59,026 nt of DNA from a virus. The notes below the pieces were generated by a model. The model searched no databases and was not told where the DNA came from. It was given only the letters and a program-made list of their open reading frames with translations. Position 1 is the first letter of the stretch. The number at the start of each line of letters is the position of its first letter. This document shows positions 34,175 through 41,191 of this stretch, one piece after another. The stretch lies in the IMG/VR virus record IMGVR_UViG_3300031027_000002, one strand, 5' to 3'. Made by a program: the position numbers and the translations under genes.

Positions 34175-34368
34175 TCTGCTTCCCTCGCATACCGCTTCTG
34201 AAGTTCTCGGAACCGGAGCCGCGTACGGGCTATCGGCTTCGTCTTTCCTCGCTCTACGTTGTGGATGCTCCGCGTGCAGCATCCGAGTACTCTTGCCATA
34301 TCGGACTGCCGGAGTCCGTGCTTGCGGCGCCAGCGCAGCCAGTCGGTGACTACCCTACTTCTCGCCAT
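34150..34368 (-). CDS. Small XRE-like HTH protein (72 aa)
   Basis: LRQSDMARVLGCCTRSIHNVERGKTKP helix-turn-helix pattern. Confidence 0.5.
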   Translation of the reverse strand: MARSRVVTDWLRWRRKHGLRQSDMARVLGCCTRSIHNVERGKTKPIARTRLRFRELQKRYAREAEWQQLQSK

Positions 34369-34504
34369 GCGCCTGCCATGGAAAGGGCGTCGTGTTCCTC
34401 TTGAAACCCCATGCAGCCATGATCCCGTCGAGTTGCTTCTCGGATGCAATACGCTTCCTGTCGCTCCAAGCAAGAAAGGCTTCGTGAAGTTCAGATTTAG
34501 TCAT
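34355..34504 (-). CDS. Small hypothetical protein (49 aa)
   Basis: Not in track; MTKSELHEAFLAWSDRKRIASEKQLDGIMAAWGFKRNTTPFPWQAHGEK; overlaps both neighbours. Confidence 0.4.
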   Translation of the reverse strand: MTKSELHEAFLAWSDRKRIASEKQLDGIMAAWGFKRNTTPFPWQAHGEK

Positions 34505-34616
34505 TGGTCACCTTCTTTTTGGGTGGATTGAGAGGCTGCATGCACCTGGGACACTTTACGGGGTTCGGCTTCCGTGGCGTCCATTCGGCTCCGCAGTTTG
34601 GTCTAGGGCACTTCAT
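34497..34616 (-). CDS. Zinc-ribbon protein (39 aa)
   Basis: MKCPRPNCG...VKCPRCMQP (CxxxxC...CxxC); the longer track ORF 34497..34721 has an implausible N-terminus. Confidence 0.5.
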   Translation of the reverse strand: MKCPRPNCGAEWTPRKPNPVKCPRCMQPLNPPKKKVTND

Positions 34617-35210
34617 GAACCGAATCCTACTGGTGGTGGTTCTTTCTGTCAAGGATGAAATTGGTCTCGGCCAAGACTCGTCACATCCCGGTCGAGTGCC
34701 TTTGTTCTTTTCTGGACACACCTCTGGCTAGGGTAGTGCGATCTACTAACCAGAAACCATCCCCGGCTGACTCTCCGGTTCACCGCGTAGGGGCATGAGG
34801 TGTATCCTCACACGACGTCCTCGCTCGGCAGGCCATTATGCTTAGAACCGTGAACCCCCGCTGATACACATGAGGCGGTATAGAGGTTTGCGCTGGGAGG
34901 AGGGGCGATTCCAAATGCGTCTTCGATCTTCGTTGCGCTGACGTTTGGGATGGCTCCCTGGCGTCGGTCACACGCTAAGAGAGATATCGAAGCTGCGTAC
35001 TTTCCGCCTGACCGAACAGGATGCAAACTACCAGATTCCCGCCGACTCCGATGGAGCTGCATACGGTCGGCATTAACGTCGATACACGGGCGCAAGTTCG
35101 CCTAACCTCGACGCCGCCCTTGCGGACGGGTGTCAAGGCGCACGAAGTCGCTAGATAGTAAAAAATCGAGTTGTTCGATGATTTATCTTGCATTTTCATC
35201 TACCTGACGG

Positions 35211-35245
35211 TTGCAGGATAGCACGATGATGCATCATAATGTCAA
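35211..35245. promoter_or_regulatory. Overlapping face-to-face promoter candidates sharing a 12-bp palindrome
   Basis: Plus TTGCAG-18-CATAAT (35211..35240); minus TTGACA-17-GCTATC (35245..35217); ATGATGCATCAT (35226..35237) lies in both spacers. Confidence 0.4.
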
Positions 35246-35358
35246 TAGACGGTATCTTGCATGCCTGCCTGACAACAGCCGCTCCCGTCTAAACTTCCCA
35301 AAGCGCCACAGGAGGGGAAGATTACCAACCCGTTTCTCCTGAAATCGGGTTACAGACT

Positions 35359-35385
35359 GACCCCATCTCGCAGTGGGGTCTTTCT
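35359..35385 (+). terminator. Hairpin with weak T-tract in the leader of gene 35415 (attenuator candidate)
   Basis: GACCCCA-8 nt-TGGGGTC followed by TTTCT, 30 nt before the ATG. Confidence 0.35.
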
Positions 35386-35414
35386 GCATCTAACGGTAGC
35401 GAGGTACTACTCCC

Positions 35415-35624
35415 ATGCTTTCAGGTCTCATAGGCTTACTCATCAGCCTTCTCGTCCTTGGCCTGGTGCTGTGGCTATGCTGGTGGTTCATCAACATGAT
35501 CCCAGCGCCGCAGCCCATCGCTACCGTGATCCGCGTGGTGTTTGCGCTGATCTGCCTCATCGCTGTTCTCAGTCTTTTGTTCGGCGGATGGGCTTTTCCT
35601 TTTGCCGGCCACTATGTTCGCTGA
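35415..35624 (+). CDS. Small two-TM membrane protein (69 aa)
   Basis: Two hydrophobic helices; resembles the small Thivi_2564-type membrane proteins (from memory, unverified). Confidence 0.6.
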   Translation: MLSGLIGLLISLLVLGLVLWLCWWFINMIPAPQPIATVIRVVFALICLIAVLSLLFGGWAFPFAGHYVR

Positions 35625-35636
35625 TAGGCTAAACCC

Positions 35637-36152
35637 ATGAGCCGCGACCGTAACGAAGAAGACCGCATCCTGCACACTGAACGCGAGATTCTACGCGACG
35701 ACCGTGAAATCTTGCACGAGCTTCGCCCCCAGCTTTCACGTATCCAAATCCGCTTCAAAGGAAAAAATCACATGGCAGACTCCACCGCAGGTCCCGTAGT
35801 TCTGACAGCAGTTGGCGCAACCGTCACCGCAACGGTAATTGGTTACGACCAATTCGGCAACGTCTTCGAAGGCAACTTCCCCAACCCCACGTTCACCGCT
35901 TCTGACACGACTGGTGCGATCGCGACGTTCAACACTACGTCGGGTCTCATCACGGCAGTTGCGAACGGCGTGGACACCATCACGGCCACGGTGACCACCA
36001 CGGACGCGAACGGCAACCCTGTCACCCTCACGGACTCTGAGACGGTCACCGTGGCTCTGGCAGTCGTTCCGCCGGTCCTCACGACCATCAAGGTGGCGTT
36101 CTCGGCTCCCGTGAACAACGCAGCGCCTACGTCGACCCCCTCGGCGTCGTAA
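35637..36152 (+). CDS. Bacterial Ig-like (Big_2-type) domain protein
   Basis: TASDTTGAIATFNTTSGLITAVANGVDTITATV pattern; the real start may be ATG 35772 (better RBS). Confidence 0.65.
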   Translation: MSRDRNEEDRILHTEREILRDDREILHELRPQLSRIQIRFKGKNHMADSTAGPVVLTAVGATVTATVIGYDQFGNVFEGNFPNPTFTASDTTGAIATFNTTSGLITAVANGVDTITATVTTTDANGNPVTLTDSETVTVALAVVPPVLTTIKVAFSAPVNNAAPTSTPSAS

Positions 36153-36166
36153 CGGTACCTCTCTCA

Positions 36167-36212
36167 GGACACAACAAAGCCGCCCGATGTGCTGGGCGGC
36201 TTTGTTGTGTCC
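36167..36212. terminator. Bidirectional intrinsic terminator between convergent operons
   Basis: Perfect 19-bp stem GGACACAACAAAGCCGCCC / GGGCGGCTTTGTTGTGTCC with an 8-nt loop. Confidence 0.8.
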
Positions 36213-36314
36213 ATTTGATTCTCTCCCACTTCCAGCAGACGCACTCCCGACGCCAGCAATAGGTCTTACCGTCCGCACCTGTCCCGAGGGCTGGTTGGCC
36301 GCACGAGACGCAGG

Positions 36315-36503
36315 TCACCTCTTTTCCATCGCACGTATGGCGTTGGTGATGTTGTTTACTTTGTCGCGGGCGTCATCAGTAGAAGCCTTGGCGACTTGAT
36401 AGGAGTTGTAGAGCTTATTGCTAATATCTCCCTTTTCTTCGTAGTCGAGGGTTAGAGATTTCTCCATGCGTCGCATTTCTTCCAGCAATTCCTCATGAGT
36501 CAC
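36315..36503 (-). CDS. Small helical hypothetical protein (62 aa)
   Basis: ORF; last gene of the operon before the terminator. Confidence 0.55.
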   Translation of the reverse strand: MTHEELLEEMRRMEKSLTLDYEEKGDISNKLYNSYQVAKASTDDARDKVNNITNAIRAMEKR

Positions 36504-36856
36504 CGTTTCACCGCCTTCGCCTTCGGCTTGAGCTTGGTAATCTGGCCCCGTAGGTTCGCGCTGGTGCGCCGCTCAGACTCCAGTTGGGCGTGGAGCGAGT
36601 CGGTAATGTCCAACGCCCGCGAGAGCTGGCCGCGCAGGTCGGCAATCTCAAGGAAGCAGTCTGGTTCTGGACTGGACGGCGTGGGAGCCTCAAGCTGGGC
36701 CTTCTGGCGCCTATTCAGTTCGTTCAGGGCCTCATTGATGCATCGCTGATCGGTAAGAAGTCCCTTGAGCGTCTTCACCTCACCGCGGCTCTGTTCGTTC
36801 CTCCACGAGAGCGCTACAACCGCCAAGCCTAGAATCAGTACAAGGAAGTCCATCAT
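36500..36856 (-). CDS. N-terminal TM + coiled-coil protein (118 aa)
   Basis: Start at the ATGA overlap; MMDFLVLILGLAVVALSW followed by heptad-like sequence. Confidence 0.55.
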   Translation of the reverse strand: MMDFLVLILGLAVVALSWRNEQSRGEVKTLKGLLTDQRCINEALNELNRRQKAQLEAPTPSSPEPDCFLEIADLRGQLSRALDITDSLHAQLESERRTSANLRGQITKLKPKAKAVKR

Positions 36857-37131
36857 TTTTTCACCTCGGGCTTTTCCGATGGCTTGGCGACGCACGCCGG
36901 ATCGCCCGCCGGACTCATCTGCAGAAAAAACTTCTCTCCGCATGCAGCCTGAAGCCTCGTCACGGCCGCCTGGAACTCGGTCTGCGCACCCTTGGCTTGT
37001 TCGCTGGCTGCCATGAGCTTGGATTGGGCCTTGAAGAACTCGGCGCGCTGGGCGTCGGTGATTTGTGGGATGGGTGCGCCCTGAGCGAAGGCTATGCTAG
37101 TCAGCAGCAGAATGGGCAGGTACTTCTTCAT
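36853..37131 (-). CDS. Small secreted protein (92 aa) with signal peptide
   Basis: MKKYLPILLLTSIAFA-QGAP; AAGAGG RBS. Confidence 0.6.
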   Translation of the reverse strand: MKKYLPILLLTSIAFAQGAPIPQITDAQRAEFFKAQSKLMAASEQAKGAQTEFQAAVTRLQAACGEKFFLQMSPAGDPACVAKPSEKPEVKK

Positions 37132-37522
37132 CGGAAACCTCTTTCGTGGTGGGTGGAATGAGAAGGGCAAACGCCGGCACTCCAAAGGCGTCCGCAAAAC
37201 GTTGTATGGAGGCCAGCGTAGGGGATATGCGCTGGTTCTCGAACTTGGAGATCCACGTCCGAGGAACGCTCATGCGCTTCGCGAGCTGGCGCTGAGACAG
37301 GTGGCTGTGGCGCCTCGCGGTTAGGACGTTCTGCTGGAACACGAGGCAGATGTCAACCGTAGGCTCCTCGTGGGGTCTAAAGACGCTGATAGGCAGGGTG
37401 GGCATGGCAGCAACAGGCGGAACGAACAAAGGCTTCTCGCACCTCCGGCAGTCTTTGGATTTGGTCATGTACTGGGTGAGATCACAGGACGGGCACTTGA
37501 CGACTTCGCGCTTATCGTTCAT
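37097..37522 (-). CDS. Zn-ribbon + XRE-family HTH regulator (repressor-like)
   Basis: CPSCDL...CRRCEK then LSQRQLAKRMSVPRTWISKFENQRISPTLASIQRFADAFGV. Confidence 0.75.
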   Translation of the reverse strand: MNDKREVVKCPSCDLTQYMTKSKDCRRCEKPLFVPPVAAMPTLPISVFRPHEEPTVDICLVFQQNVLTARRHSHLSQRQLAKRMSVPRTWISKFENQRISPTLASIQRFADAFGVPAFALLIPPTTKEVSDEEVPAHSAAD

Positions 37523-37683
37523 TCGGCATCCTCGGGGTCAGCAAGCCACCCCATCGACGTACAGACGCCCCAGCAGAGGATGCGCCACGTCCAGTGCAAC
37601 AGGAGAGATAATAGTCCCACCGTAGCTGCCGCAGCTCCGAGAATCAGGATGCCGATGGCGTAGTCCTTGAGCAGTTGGCTCAT
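37519..37683 (-). CDS. Small membrane protein (54 aa)
   Basis: Not in track; MSQLLKDYAIGILILGAAAATVGLLSLLLHW...; ATGA coupling at both ends. Confidence 0.45.
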   Translation of the reverse strand: MSQLLKDYAIGILILGAAAATVGLLSLLLHWTWRILCWGVCTSMGWLADPEDAE

Positions 37684-37916
37684 GCGTGCCTCAATTCAGA
37701 GTCTTTGCAGTAGCATTCCTGACCGAGAGGGTTGTCGAGTGACACTCTCCATCCCCACCAACCCAGTCCGTACTTTTCGTAGGCAATGCAGGTCCCTACG
37801 TTCGGCGCCCAAGGATGCCCGGCGGTGACGAATACCCTATCTCCCGCACTGAACGCACTGATACGAGTCTCGCCGGACAGTCCCGACCTACGATCCATTT
37901 TACGAAGTCTGGTCAT
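37680..37916 (-). CDS. Hypothetical protein (78 aa)
   Basis: ORF with overlapping stop/start on both sides. Confidence 0.55.
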   Translation of the reverse strand: MTRLRKMDRRSGLSGETRISAFSAGDRVFVTAGHPWAPNVGTCIAYEKYGLGWWGWRVSLDNPLGQECYCKDSELRHA

Positions 37917-38125
37917 TTCGTACGCTCCTGCTCCAACGCTTGCTCAAGGTGCTGCACCACCAGTTTGAGCCGGTTGACCTCTGCGGCCGCATCTCTGAAC
38001 GCAGGCCACGGTGCGTACTGCTTCTGATGGTCACAGCAGTCACCATAGCGCGGGTATACGCGGGACAGGTCGGGCCTTTCCTCTTGGGCCTCTCGCGTCA
38101 GCCGTTCAATCATGTTTTCGCTCAC
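37913..38125 (-). CDS. Hypothetical protein (70 aa)
   Basis: GTG start in a GTGA overlap behind AAGGAGG. Confidence 0.55.
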   Translation of the reverse strand: MSENMIERLTREAQEERPDLSRVYPRYGDCCDHQKQYAPWPAFRDAAAEVNRLKLVVQHLEQALEQERTK

Positions 38126-38508
38126 CGTGCCTCCTTACATCCGCGCTGGTGCATGCCATTCATTCCGCTGCAATAGGGGCAGGACGAGCCTACCCCAACG
38201 CCAGGATCGACGAGTCCAACTGCGCCAGTTCCTTCTCCAGCGCTTCCTTCTCCGCCAATAGCTTCGTGCGCTGCTTGTTGAGGTGGTTGAGGGCTACGCG
38301 TACGTGTCCGGTTACCTTCTTTTCGGGCTCCGGTTGCTCGAACAATTCCTTCGACTCGACTGCTACCGCCATGGTGGGTCTCCTTTGAAATTCTGATTCT
38401 ACTGCGCGCCACATCCCAACGCGGACTGTGGCAAAACGGGCACTGAACAGGCTTGGTCTCCGACCGCTGCACCCATTCGTGATCGCACCTGAGGCACTTC
38501 GGCATTAC
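38122..38508 (-). CDS. Zn-ribbon ... CCHC-knuckle protein (128 aa)
   Basis: TAATG coupling at the start and GTGA coupling at the stop; N-terminal CLRCDH...CPFCHS; C-terminal CPYCSGMNGMHQRGC; middle part low-complexity. Confidence 0.5.
   Translation of the reverse strand, partial: VMPKCLRCDHEWVQRSETKPVQCPFCHSPRWDVARSRIRISKETHHGGSSRVEGIVRATGARKEGNRTRTRSPQPPQQAAHEAIGGEGSAGEGTGAVGLVDPGVGVGSSCPYCSGMNGMHQRGCKEAR
38190..38372 (-). CDS. Coiled-coil protein (60 aa) embedded out of frame in 38122..38508
   Basis: AAGGAG RBS 8 nt before the ATG; MAVAVESKELFEQPEPEKKVTGHVRVALNHLNKQRTKLLAEKEALEKELAQLDSSILALG. Confidence 0.45.
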   Translation of the reverse strand: MAVAVESKELFEQPEPEKKVTGHVRVALNHLNKQRTKLLAEKEALEKELAQLDSSILALG

Positions 38509-38756
38509 CGGCACTGCCTTTCCACGAACGCCTTAGCTCCGTCGATCGTGTTGAACTCTTTGCTGTCGATCTTCTCTTCCTCCCGTGGCCGCACGATATC
38601 CGCGTAGAACATTCCATCATGGGCCTTGCCGACCGCGCCACAGACGTAGGACACAGACTCATCCGCTCCAGTCGAATACGAGACGTGGTACTGGATCTCG
38701 TTGATGAATCCGTTGTAGTGCCAGAATCCTAGCGAAAGAGCGATTGCAAGGATCAT
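38505..38756 (-). CDS. Hypothetical protein (83 aa)
   Basis: ORF with coupled boundaries. Confidence 0.55.
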   Translation of the reverse strand: MILAIALSLGFWHYNGFINEIQYHVSYSTGADESVSYVCGAVGKAHDGMFYADIVRPREEEKIDSKEFNTIDGAKAFVERQCR

Positions 38757-39463
38757 CCCATCACTTCCTTCCGCGAAACCTGCGTCACGAACTTTCCGAC
38801 ATAAGTGTACTTCGATCGAAACTGATTCTCCGGCATCACCATCTCCACAGCCGAGAAGTCATTGAATGCCCTGAATCTAACGGATGGGTAGTTGGTTCCG
38901 TTCAGTTGGCACCAGATTTTATCTGGCCCCGCCAAGAAAACCACTCGCTTTGGCGGTTCGCTGTGCTTGCACTCCGGCCAAGTAAGGGAACACTTCTTGC
39001 ACTGCGGTCGATACCGCTCCTCGTAAACCCCATGCCGATAACGTGGCCTCATGGCTTCACCTCGTCGATAGCCGCCAGAATGCCAGACACAAGCCCCCTC
39101 TGGATCGTGATTCCACGACTTACCGTCCAGAAAGGCTTTTACCGCCGCTCGCCGTGGGTCTACTGGCTTGGGCTGGAGAGCCGCGTTGCGGCGGCGAACG
39201 AACTCTCTGAGCACCATCTGCGAGATGTCACGACAAACCGCTCCTACTACGTTCACCGTTCTTCCGTAGGCCAGATTTTCGAACGTGTCAATTTCGTAGT
39301 CGGACGGCATCTCCCACGGTAGCTGTAGGTGCGGTGCCACACGGCGTAAAGCATCCATCCTCACAGCCGTCTCGCGTCCAAGCCCTAGAGAATACCCATG
39401 GCCCCTACCGAAATCCTCGTAGACTTCAACTGCTTCTTTGAGTTGCTGTTCTGTTAGTTCCAT
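38753..39463 (-). CDS. Hypothetical protein (236 aa), first gene of the leftward operon, probably leaderless
   Basis: ATG lies 6 nt after the -10 box of promoter 39464..39498; no RBS is possible. Confidence 0.7.
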   Translation of the reverse strand: MELTEQQLKEAVEVYEDFGRGHGYSLGLGRETAVRMDALRRVAPHLQLPWEMPSDYEIDTFENLAYGRTVNVVGAVCRDISQMVLREFVRRRNAALQPKPVDPRRAAVKAFLDGKSWNHDPEGACVWHSGGYRRGEAMRPRYRHGVYEERYRPQCKKCSLTWPECKHSEPPKRVVFLAGPDKIWCQLNGTNYPSVRFRAFNDFSAVEMVMPENQFRSKYTYVGKFVTQVSRKEVMG

Positions 39464-39498
39464 GTGATTATTATCATCCTACTCATCATCATTGTCAA
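39464..39498 (-). promoter_or_regulatory. Sigma70 consensus-like promoter TTGACA-17-GATAAT (leftward)
   Basis: Minus strand reads gaTTGACAatgatgatgagtaggatGATAATaatcacATG. Confidence 0.6.
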
Positions 39499-39807
39499 TC
39501 CCCATTTTGATTTTTAGGGTTGGGTGGAAAAAAGCGTCCATGCCACCACCACCCCCTTGTCGAGGACAACTTCGCCGGCGCAGCCAACTTCCGCGATGGT
39601 CAACCTCTAAGGAATGGTGCGCGGCGGCGCTGGGCGGGCCTCAGGTGCAGGCAGGGCGCGGGTTGCGTGCCGATGGGCAGGGGATTCGTGCTGGGCAATC
39701 CGCGGACTATTGGCGGGGGTTTGGCGTGCGGCGATGTTGGGGTCAAGAGAGATGGTCGCCGCAACACAAGCAAAAACGCGAGCAATAGAGAAAGTTTACG
39801 AATTAGC

Positions 39808-39835
39808 TTGACACGTCGCGCGACATGGCGATAAT
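39808..39835 (+). promoter_or_regulatory. Sigma70 consensus-like promoter TTGACA-16-GATAAT (rightward early) with GTCGCGCGAC palindrome in the spacer
   Basis: Read directly; followed by CACTCAGGAGGTG RBS and ATG 39865. Confidence 0.6.
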
Positions 39836-39864
39836 GTAGGGGAGTCACTCAGGAGGTGGCGAAC

Positions 39865-41190
39865 ATGGATACACCCTTAGAAGTGTTGCATAGGGTAGTA
39901 GGTCAAGCGATAGCAGATGGCGCGCCGGTATTTGAGAATCAGCCGGTTGAGGATGAGATCGAGGAAGATGAGCCCGAAGTGGATCTCTGTAGTGTGTGTG
40001 ATGAACCTCTAGACGATTGCACGTGTGCGGTTTGCTTAGGCCATCGTTACTTCAGTGGGTGCGAAGAGCGGTTTGATGGTTCGCCGTGCGAACGTTGCCA
40101 GAGGTGCCCGGATTGCTGCGAGTGCTATCACTGCGATGGGTGCGGTTCGCAGGTGGAGTATGTTTGTTCGAATTGCGAGCAATGTGAGGATCAATGCTGC
40201 AGTTGCTATTCCTGCGAAGCGTGCGGCGAACGTTCTCAGTCCGCGACGTGCGGCGGTTGCGATAGATGCAGCGATTGCTGCGAATGTGAGAGCAACTCCG
40301 AAGGTATGTATGAGGGGATGCTTCGCTTCCACTCTGCGCAGCGCAATCAATTCAAGATCAATCCGTCCAAGCGTTTTATCTCTCTTGAGATCGAAGTAGC
40401 GGACGGCGACGCGGAATCCATGCATACCGTTGCGGGGGATTGGGCGGATTCGATTGTCGAGGATGGTTCGCTTCCGTCCTCGGGGTGGGAGATGAACCTA
40501 AACCCATCGCAGGGTGATGTATTCATTGACCATACAAACGAGGTTGCCGATGCGCTCAAGCGTGCTGGCGCGTCTGTCAGTCGCGCGTGCGGGATGCATT
40601 GCCACGTAGACGCGCGTGACTTCCAATGGTTCGACCTATTCAAGCTCTGCAAACTGTACGCGAAGATCGAAGGTGGAATGTTCGCGCTGGTATCGCCGTC
40701 GCGTCAAGGCAATCGCTACTGTGAAGAATCCGCACGCTCTTACACTTTCTCAGACTTCCGTACCTTCAAGGCGGATCTTATTCGGTCACTGTACGGATGG
40801 ACGCCACAAAAGGGGAAAAGGGTGCATACCGGCATGACGGGCGCGTCCAAGCGTGCGCACAAATGCTCGCACGGCACGCGCCGGGAGTTTTCGCAGCGGA
40901 TGGACAAATACAATGGCGAGCGCTATCGCGCATTGAATCTCCACTCATTCTTCTATCGTGGAACAGTAGAGTTCCGCCACCATCACGGTACAGTCATAGC
41001 AGCGAAGATGCAGGGATGGGGAATGGTTTGCGCGTCCGTCCTAGATGCTGCGATGCGTATGAAAGTGTCGGATATCGAAGCATTGCCGATGGGTTGGGAT
41101 GGGTTGCTCGCCATCCTGTCAACAGACTTACAATCTTGGGCGATTACGCGTCGCTCTGAAATTCAAGACAAATGCAAAGGGGAAAACTAA
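39865..41190 (+). CDS. Cys-repeat domain fused to an Amidoligase_2 (PF12224-like) COOH-NH2 ligase
   Basis: 28 Cys in residues ~45-144 of the track ORF (39988..40287); then SLEIEV, EDGSL, GWEMNL, CGMHCHVD, RYRALNL, GTVEFRHHHGT; start moved from GTG 39856 to ATG 39865 (8 nt after AGGAGG). Confidence 0.8.
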   Translation: MDTPLEVLHRVVGQAIADGAPVFENQPVEDEIEEDEPEVDLCSVCDEPLDDCTCAVCLGHRYFSGCEERFDGSPCERCQRCPDCCECYHCDGCGSQVEYVCSNCEQCEDQCCSCYSCEACGERSQSATCGGCDRCSDCCECESNSEGMYEGMLRFHSAQRNQFKINPSKRFISLEIEVADGDAESMHTVAGDWADSIVEDGSLPSSGWEMNLNPSQGDVFIDHTNEVADALKRAGASVSRACGMHCHVDARDFQWFDLFKLCKLYAKIEGGMFALVSPSRQGNRYCEESARSYTFSDFRTFKADLIRSLYGWTPQKGKRVHTGMTGASKRAHKCSHGTRREFSQRMDKYNGERYRALNLHSFFYRGTVEFRHHHGTVIAAKMQGWGMVCASVLDAAMRMKVSDIEALPMGWDGLLAILSTDLQSWAITRRSEIQDKCKGEN

Positions 41191-41191
41191 T

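Noticed and set aside
34780-35199. Three minus-strand ORFs (63, 95 and 74 aa) in the long upstream region of the late block
   Set aside because: Implausible sequences, no RBS or coupling, and mutual overlap. The region is treated as non-coding, though a decayed gene cannot be excluded without a search.
39492-39848. Four overlapping 65-104-aa ORFs in the spacer between the divergent promoters
   Set aside because: Arg/Gly/Trp/Cys-rich translations, mutual overlap on both strands and no RBS. The region is better explained as a regulatory spacer.
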